Positions 54,942-64,000 of a stretch of DNA of 64,000 nucleotides are shown in pieces. The DNA comes from Proteromonas lacertae (lineage: Eukaryota). Location: contig NGBS01000588.1 in assembly GCA_002245135.1 (NCBI GenBank), positions 124,001 to 188,000 of the forward strand, given 5' to 3'. Made by a program: the position numbers and the translations under genes. The notes under the pieces are model-generated. The model saw only the letters and a program-made list of their open reading frames with translations. It was not told the DNA's origin and ran no database searches. How positions within the stretch are numbered: position 1 is the first letter of the stretch; each line of letters begins with the position of its first letter.

Positions 54942-55810
54942 TTATTCTTTATTTTTAGAGGATAAAATCATTCCAATTGAACTTAAAATAAAGCCTAAAC
55001 CAACAAAAAACAATTTACCATTTCTACCTTCAAATCTTCCAGGATTTTCTATCTTTTCCATCACTGATATACTCATATTATCACTTTTTCTATCAGACAT
55101 CACTATTTCGCCATTTCCATTCTTGTAGATTGGTCCACGAATATAGACACTTGTATGAATCTAACAAAAATAACAACAAAAATTAAAATAAAATAATACT
55201 GGTAAGACTGCTTCTTTTGCAACATATTCTTCATCAATCTCTTCTTCTTCATTCATATTTGCTCGAGAAGCGTGAGTACCGAGTTTTCTTTTTTCTGCTT
55301 GAGTTAATATACGATATGGTTGATTTATTAATTTACAATGAGTTATGGCAGATGGATAGATTGGAATTGAACCAGATCTATCTTTTAGTAGAAATGGACA
55401 TTCTCTTTGAGATGATTCTACTTTCACTCGAGATATTTCACTATTCTCTTCTCCTTCCTCTTTATATCTTAGCTGCTTATATACTGTTCGATGATAAATA
55501 ACTGATTTTTCTATTGAGATAGTATAACTCTCTCCATTCTTCAATTGAATTAATGGATAAATCTGTTTATTAATTAGTCAATAGTTTTATAATATAATAT
55601 ACCTGTCCTTTAATTTGTACTATTTCATAATCATCACCTACTAACGATTCTGCTATTTCTATCGCTTCTCCTATTGGTATAACACCAACCAAACTTCTCC
55701 TACAGAATGATTATTCAATATTTATACTTCCAAGCAAGAGCTCTAGAACTTATAATCATTGTTATTCCTGTAACTCCAAAACCTATTGCTAATCCAGTGA
55801 TTCCATCCAT
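54942..55810 (-). CDS. GIDE-domain (MUL1/SP1-like) two-TM protein lacking the RING finger
   Basis: N-terminal TM, VQIKGQI, RECPFLLKDRSGSIPI, KEAVLP|IHTSVYIRGPI, C-terminal TM. Three introns. Confidence 0.65.
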
Positions 55811-55897
55811 TCTTTGTAATGAAAAACACGAATACAAAATATTATTCAAAATACAGTGTATTATTTTGTATTTAATTTTGAATTTTTATTTTTGAAA

Positions 55898-56925
55898 ATG
55901 TCGTTAAATGACTTGAATAAATCTAATTGTATATAATTATTGTTAATTTGTATCTATATAGTGGCATTTAGAGAGTTAAAAGAAAATGATGTATAATTTA
56001 TTAGTTTTAACAGTAATAGAGAGGAATATATTCTATTCACTATATGAAAAAATTGAAAGAAACATCACAAGCTGAAGAAATAATCAAACAATATCAAACA
56101 AATCCAATCCCTAAACCGATAATAGAATCAATTCCACCATCAAAAAGAATTCCTTATATTAAAGACTGTGTAAAAGCCACAGATAAATTTCTATCGAATT
56201 ATAAATCATTGAATGATAATGGCTTTATAGATCCATTAAGTGAAACATATAATAATAATAATAATAATAATAATACACAATATCCAATATCATCTACAAC
56301 TTTATCTCCACAAAGGAATCCTATAAGTGAAACAAATCCAAATACAGAGAATTATTTATCACCTGAAAGAAATAAAGAATCATTATTACCTAGTAATAAT
56401 AGTAATAATAATTACGAAAGTACACATATTGAATCACCTTCTAAACAGCTATTTCCATCATCTCCATTAGATAAATCAGTAACATTCCAACAACAACTAC
56501 AGCAACAAACTCAACATCAATCTATATCTCCTAATCGATTTAATTTTAATAATAATAATAATCCTTATATTAATGAAGAAAATGTTAAGTTAAATGAGAA
56601 ATTAAAGCAATTACAGAGAGAAGAAAAGGAGTTGTTAAGATGGAAAGATAAACTTGATAGTATAATATAAATTATATTTCTTTTTATAGACGAAGAAAAG
56701 GCATTTATCAGAACAAGACAAGATAATAAAGAAAATGAAAAAAGGGTAAGTGTAACAGCTAAACTGATGCAAGAACATAAGAGATGTGAAATTCAATATA
56801 AAAGTGATATTGAAGAGAATATTACTGATATTGAAAATGAATTGAATATTGCCAATAAAAATGAGAAGGATAAACTTGATAAAAACTTGTCTCAGATATC
56901 AAAGTTTAATAATACGTTTAAATAA
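55898..56925 (+). CDS. Hypothetical coiled-coil/low-complexity protein
   Basis: ATG at 55898, short introns, ORF 56044-56670 and a final coiled-coil exon ending at TAA 56925. Confidence 0.65.
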
Positions 56926-57025
56926 TTGTTTAATTTATGTGTAACTGATTTAGAATTAAGGGTTTCAAAAATTTTGTTAAACCAAATCTAGAAAAATTCT
57001 TTTTTATTCTTTGATTTATAACTTC

Positions 57026-57347
57026 ATGGAACAAGTTAAAAAACTCATAGCCGAAAACAAAGTGTTTGTGTTTGCTAAATCTTACTGTCCTTATTGTAAA
57101 AAAGCTAAAGAAGCACTTGACAGCATTAGTGTGAAATATGGTTTACTTGATCTTGATAAGTATAATAACATATAGGTTAATGTGTTTTATTAGGATTGAT
57201 AATGGCGATGTAATCCAAGCCGCTTTAGCAGAACTCACAGGAAGAAAAACTGTACCAAATGTCTTTGTAAATGGCCAATCAATCGGTGGAGGAGATGATA
57301 CAGTTGCTAAAGTTCAAAGTGGAGAATTACAAAAGTTATTAGCATAA
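57026..57347 (+). CDS. Dithiol glutaredoxin 4 (1 intron)
   Basis: [27 protein letters not shown]. Confidence 0.95.
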
Positions 57348-57465
57348 ACAATTAAGAAACATTCTTCTAATTATTGTTTTTTTCATTAATAGGTTTATAT
57401 AAAACACATACACACAAATACAAAGAAAGAAAAAAAAGAAAAAATTATCTACATAAATAATAAAA

Positions 57466-60400
57466 TCATATAACTGACTTTAAAGATTTTGTACTTTTTA
57501 AAGAAGTTGGAGTAGCAGTTATTTTTCTTGTTGAAGTTGATTTACCAGATACTCTTGAAGCACCTTTTGACAATTTAGAACTTTTAGAGAATCTATAAAC
57601 ACTTGATTGAGGTCTTTGAATTGAGAGAATCTCATCTTTTTCATCTTGAGTTAGTTTAGCACACATTATACTAACACCTAAACTAATTTCAACAGCTCTT
57701 TTTATTTGATCTGGTCGAGTTAACATATAAATAAAACCAATATCATCTTCTAGAGATAATTCATAATTTGATGATGTTAGAAATTTATCCCAAAACTGTT
57801 CAAAGATAATGTCAAATACATATTTCTTTGCTTCTTTAAATAAATCAATTGTCTATTTATTAAATAATAATAAATAAATATACAACTGCTGAAAAACGAT
57901 TCATTATATTTCCTTTTATTTCTACAGTCAAAGGAACATAATCGTTGTTTATAAATGTTGTTAATATTTCATATGCTTTTGGTTCTAATTCTTCTTTTAC
58001 TTTGATTCTTTCATACTTTACAATTGCATAATAAAACTCCAAATAACTGTTCATCCTTAATATTTCAGCATAACAAATCATATGTGTCCTTAAAACTCTG
58101 TTCTTTAAAAATTTGTGTAATTTCCTTTTCTTATATGCTTTTGTTCCTATTATACATTCCTTTAATAACAAAGGATTTGGTTTCTTCATTATTAAAATTG
58201 GATAAGGAATAATATATAATAATCCAAATACATAAATAGTTACATAAATAAGAATAATATCCCCTTTACTGTATGGATCTAATAAATCATTCACTACTAA
58301 TACTAATCCATACATTAATGATAAAATTCTATATATTAAAAAATAATAATAATAATATTATACACATAATATGTTTGTAAATATACAACAACTTTGTTTC
58401 TTTTATAACTACCAAAGAAATAAAAATAAATATGTTCTAAGGCTAAAAACCATTCGTAATATGTAAACATAGTTGATATTAAATGATGTTCACAAGAATA
58501 CCAATATATAATTCTATCAGATTCTAATACACTATTATATATTGGTTTAACTGGATTTACTACACTGGCAACTGCACATATAAAGAAATATATGCATAAA
58601 CCCATTACTTCTTTATCTATATAATCATTTGTATGTGAATCTTCTGATAGTTCAATATTGACAAAATATGGAACAAAACTGAATATTCCTAATGCTAATA
58701 CAAATATAAATGATTTTATAGCACAAGATGCTGTTGTTGGTCTACCCACAGCAATGAACTGATAAACAGCTAATAGTGGTGGAAAGAGAAAATAGAACTT
58801 TAATGTCATTGGAATTTTCAACATTTTCAATTTTCTATTAATATAAAATAAAATATAAAATATACCTTTCATTTTTATGACAAAATATCAATATAAGCAG
58901 TGTAATAATTATATAAACAGAGGAAAAGAAATAATAAGCAGCCAGTTCTCCAGCACTTGTATAATACTGTTCTTTCTCAAAAGGAGCCCAAGACCAAGGT
59001 GATGGTGTAATAAAATAACAAGTGCAATCTCTAAATCCATTTTCCTCAGTACAAACGTGACCATCCTTATTACAAGCAGGTGAAGAAGAGGGAGAAACAA
59101 TATTTGGTGCTTTATAATTGTCATATGATTGTATTTGTACTAATGTTGATTTTAATTGGTCATTCATTCCATTTATATCAAATCCAATCTTCCCGAAGAA
59201 AGTAGTCCAAGGAGAACATCCTTTACTACAGGAAGCATGTGAACATGGTTGTGAATAAGTACCATCTTCATTTTCACATACACTGAAGAACTTTTGAATT
59301 ACTGTATTCATACTACTAATTGGACTTGAACGGAAATATAATTCATCATTACCAAATGGTACATTTCTCAGTGTTGATGAGATTTCGATTAATCTTTGGA
59401 TGGTTATTCCAATTAATGAACCTCTTGCAATATATTCATAATCATCATCTAGTTCTATACTTACATCATAGATTGATGAATTTATATAATTTTGGTAATT
59501 CTCTTTTACATATTTCATAAAATTATCTGTAGATCCTAAGTAAGATTTAACATTTTCAGTACCATATCCTTGATTTTCACTAAATGCACTTGCATAATAT
59601 AAATAAGTGTTATCTAAACCATACTTCCTTGGTTCTACAACAGTATATGCTCTTGTAAAACTCATTATAACTTTGGGAGTATAACCAATAATCTTCAATT
59701 CCTGTAAGTATGAAACTATATTAGAATCTGCATTGATTAATAATACATCTGGATCTAATTTCTGAGCTAATTCCATCCACCTTCTAATCTCATTCACATT
59801 ATCTTGGATAAATACTTGAGAAGTATTTACTAATGGATATACACAAGCTTCACCTGAGGGACAATCACTTACACTTTGACAATTCACTCCATCAATATTT
59901 GCTCTATCGCCTTCACATCTTCTTTCTAATAAATTAATTAATACACCTGTTTCATCTCTATATTCATCAACTATTGACTGAATTGAATTAATTGAAAATG
60001 GAATATCAATTGTATCTCCTAATATCATCCATCTTTGATAGTTTAATCTTTTATGAAATAATTCTATGGCTGGTAATGCTGCTTCTTTTGATTTCATTAT
60101 TGGAGTAAATGTAAATTGATAGGATGCGCTGTATGCATTCTCTGGAGCACATGAACCTAATACCATTACCTCAAATCCAAACATTCCATATTTGTTGTAT
60201 ATGTATTCATTGATAAATGTGTGATATTCATCTCCCATTGGTAGAATAATAAAATGAGGTTTCTTTGAGCTTGCCCTTAATCGAACATCTTCAATCCAAT
60301 TAATGAGCATTGTTTTATATTCTTCACTTGTTGTACTTATGCCTCCTAATTCATATATTTGCAGACAGACGTGTCTCCTATAGAAATAAGTTACAAATAT

Positions 60401-60740
60401 AAAAAATACCTTGTTCCTCCAACACAATTATTGTTTGCTGCTTGATTTAAATCTCCATTTGTGCAAATTCCACCTAACGCATTAATTGCATCTCTCCATA
60501 AATAATATCCAGCCCAATTTGGGATTTCTAAAGAATTTAAAATATAAAAAAACATACCAAATACATTATACACATTTGCACTACTACTAGCTACTTCTAT
60601 TCTAATTGAACCAGGTTCACATATCTTATCAGAGAATTGGGTTAGAACACCATCAGTAAATTCACTTAACACCTAGAATATATATTATGCATTTATACTA
60701 AAACATTATAAACACATAATAAAAGCAATATTAATCTCAT
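57466..60740 (-). CDS. Putative receptor: signal peptide, Venus-flytrap/periplasmic-binding ectodomain, 7TM, RGS domain
   Basis: MRLILLLLCVY; GYYLWRDAINALGGI and TFFGKIGFDING (PBP type 1); seven hydrophobic segments including GRPTTASCAIK; RGS-like YLEFYYAIVKY...AYEILTTFI...LFKEAKKYVFDIIFEQFWDKFLTS. Confidence 0.75.
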
Positions 60741-60996
60741 TCTGAGTGTAACGAATATTTTTGGGACAACGGCTTGAAATGAGCTTGTTTATTGAAATTT
60801 CGATTTTTAACAGAACTAACATGAGAATTGTAATAATCACATCTATTCGCAAGCAACACAAAAAATAATAATGTAATACATATATAAATATAAGAAATAT
60901 ATGTAAAGTAAATATTGATTAATTGAATATGAACATTTTTATACAATGAGTGCTCTTTATTTTAAGTACATTTTTTCATACTAACAGTATATTAAA

Positions 60997-63992
60997 TTAA
61001 AAATTGGCTAAAGATGTAACTTTAATCCAATCTGGGTCACCAAATCCTAAAGTCTGCATAGATGAGCTAACTTGTTTATTTTTATATTTCATTTGTCTTC
61101 GTAATTTCGGTGCTTGATATTCCTGATCGTTCATCTTCTCCCAATCTATAGAATTAAACCAAGGATGATTTTGAATATCTTTATAACCATTTGTACCACT
61201 TCCTAATCTCTTAATTTGAGATCTCATTAACAATTTCGTTATTAAATCCTTCAAATTGGGTGAGAATACAGCACGACTAAAATCAATATCACAATTCAAT
61301 ATTAATGTAAATGTTTGTAAAGGATCTGCTCCACAGAATGGTGTATCTCCAACTCTCATTTCATATGTCATTATTCCTAAACTCCACCAATCAACTGATA
61401 AACTATGGCCTACACAGGATAATATCTCTGGAGCTGTATATATTGGAGTACCACAGAGTGTCCAAGTCTTACGATATACTTGTTTAGAAAATCCAAAATC
61501 GATTAATTTCAAATATCCAGTTTGACTATCTATTACTAGATTTTCTGGTTTTAAATCTCTATATACAATCTTCTCTTTATGTAATTCAGATAACATTAAT
61601 GCAATATTAGCTAAGTAGAATTTAGCCATTTCTTCATCCATTGGTAAACCACTTCCATATTCATTATACATTTGAGTATGTAATTCGCCTCCCTGTATAT
61701 TCTCCAATATAAAATATATATTATTCTCATCTACTGCTGTTCCATAAAACCTTTCTATAAATATACTTGGAGGTAACTCAGCTAATATTAATTTCTCTTG
61801 TTTAACTGCAGCTACTGTATCTTTATTCTCTCTTCCTTGTTCATCAACTATCATCGATCTTCTCACACATTTTAATGCATATTCTTTATGATTATTCCTA
61901 TTTCTTGCCAAAATAACAACACCAAAAGCACCATTCCCTAGGAACTTTACGAATTCCATATCACTAACAGAATGTAAGTAATTATCTTCAAGACAAGATA
62001 AAGATGTATGAAACATTGATTCACTACGTTCTAAACCTTTCTTTTGACTAACATGAATAATACCTATTTGTCTTTTTAAATTAGGCTTTTCATTAATTAA
62101 ATTTATAAATTTATCTGAAGGTAATAGTAATAAACTCACTTTATCTTTAGCAATATAACTACAAATACAATCTCCATGATTCTCTATAATAGAAGTTCCA
62201 CCAAAGTAATCACCTTGTGAGAGTGTTTCATATACTTCTTTCTCAAACACTTTACCAGTCCAATCTGATTGACTTCTACTACGTGTTGGTACACATTGTT
62301 CAGCAAAACCTTCACTATATAATCTCTGTCTTTTACGAAGAGTTGAACCAGGTGATAATGCTGATGATTTTGATCCTTTTTTACCTGCTGTACTGTTGGT
62401 GTGAGTGATAGTTTTACTGTTGTTTTGACTATCTTTATTATTATTATCATTATTATTATTATTATTGTCGATATTTCTTGGCTTTTTAGTAGGTGTAAAG
62501 TCTGGAGATAAACATTCATCATTATCATCGTTATTATTATTGTTTTCTAAATCACATCCTGCTAATGGATCATCACAGTTACAATTACCATTATTATTCT
62601 CATCGTTGTTGTTAGTGTCTAAGACATTGGTGTTATCAACAATAATTGCTTCTGATGAAGCGAGTTTTAGTAATCTATATCGGTAATTATCATAGTCTTT
62701 TTGCTTGAACTGTTTGACTACTTCACCACTGAGTATTATGTTGAAATGAGTCATTTTCATATCTTTCATATATATATACTCTCCAGCATTATAATTCTTT
62801 CTTTCCATTAGTTTGTATAATTCATCCCTCTCTTGCTGCGATAAATATGAAAAGATGGGGATTTCTTTCAAGACTATCGTTCCATAACTTTCAATTGATC
62901 TATTCAATAGAGGTTCGATTGGACCTAATAAATGTATAAAGGATTCTCTCTCTAAAGCTATCAACGTCACTTGACCTTGAGCAATAACATCAGCGGCTCG
63001 AGGTTCGTTTGTTAAAAGTGCTCTTTCCCCAAAATGAGCACCGACACCCAAAATTTTAAATTCTTTTTTATCTGTAACTACGGCTTGACCAACACCAGTA
63101 ATTGATATATCAATTCTTACACTACCTTTTTCTATAACATAAAAGTATGAATGATCATCGACATTATCACCTCTCTTAATTATTGATCTCATCATTCTCA
63201 AAATACAATTGCACACAGGCTTCAGCTAATCTAGCAATTTCTGTAGATGTTAAAGGTGAAAATAACGACAAATCCTTTAAGAACTTTGTTCTTTCTTTCA
63301 ATTTATTTTTCTCATACAACTCCAAGGTTCTACGGAATGTAGTTCTGTCTATTGAATAAATTATACCATCAGTTTCTGCTTTAACAGTATACATTCTAGG
63401 TGTATCGTATAAAAAGATTTCACCGAAGGAGTGGCCAGGCCCTAGCTTAGCCCTAACTGATCTGGACGGAGTTATACTGGAAGTCATGATAAATGAGCCT
63501 TCAATTATAGAATAGAACTTTCTACCTGCTTTACCTTGTTCTGAACAGATTGCTCCATTTGGGACGTTTATTTTAACCATAGCATCAACTACACGAGCTA
63601 TTTGTATGTCATCCATATTGTTGAAGATTGGATGACCTGTCATTGAAGCTCGAATTAGTTTAATCTCTTGTGGTGTCTTTTGAATAACACTATACTCTCC
63701 ACCTTCTGTAGATGTGTTTGCTCCATCAATTATACCATTCTATTAATAATTAATTTACTGTATAATATACTTGTCTCTCTCTTGGTGGTATAAGATGTTT
63801 ATCTTTCTGTTTTGCGTATAATACTTCTGACACTCGGTTTGGGGCAGCACCTTCACCGACGTTTATTACTTCTTCGTTGTCATTTCCTCCATGAAGCACA
63901 TCAGCCTTCACTAAAAGATTCTTCGGTTCGACAACATTAGTTGAAGGCTCAACGCCTATCTTATTATCTGGAGAGGAAGTACAACTACCCAT
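60997..63992 (-). CDS. Cyclic-nucleotide-regulated AGC kinase (PKG-like architecture), with an apparent +1 frameshift near 63183
   Basis: MGSC acylation motif; three cNMP-binding domains (FGERALLTNEPRAADV); kinase motifs GNGAFG, YRDLKPEN, DFG, TWTLCGTP. Confidence 0.92.
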
Positions 63993-64000
63993 TCATAAAA

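Overview
AT-rich eukaryotic nuclear DNA, gene-dense and full of very short GT-AG introns (about 24-45 nt), so the ORF track splits most genes and misses some. Radial-spoke and central-pair genes indicate a flagellated organism. The intron size and gene set resemble a Blastocystis-related stramenopile such as Proteromonas; that is inference, not an identification. About 30 genes or pseudogenes could be spliced by hand. They include three tandem degenerate EF-hand paralogs plus a distant fourth, two inverted PCYT2 genes sharing a near-identical tract, SPEF2-like, a CHD7-like remodeler with many PHD fingers, ZSWIM7, CDC26, p24, RSPH9, TAF1B/Rrn7, PNUTS-like, transaldolase, four glutaredoxins, a UGP2 pseudogene, a GIDE-domain protein and a cNMP-domain kinase. 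The two most interesting items are (1) a receptor that appears to fuse a Venus-flytrap ectodomain, a class-C-like 7TM region and an RGS domain, and (2) a modular gene family that recombines (pseudo)kinase, LRR, BTB, Ig-like and SPRY modules. About seven single-base +1 frameshifts in otherwise intact genes are most likely long-read assembly errors. All domain calls come from motif recognition by eye; no searches were run.
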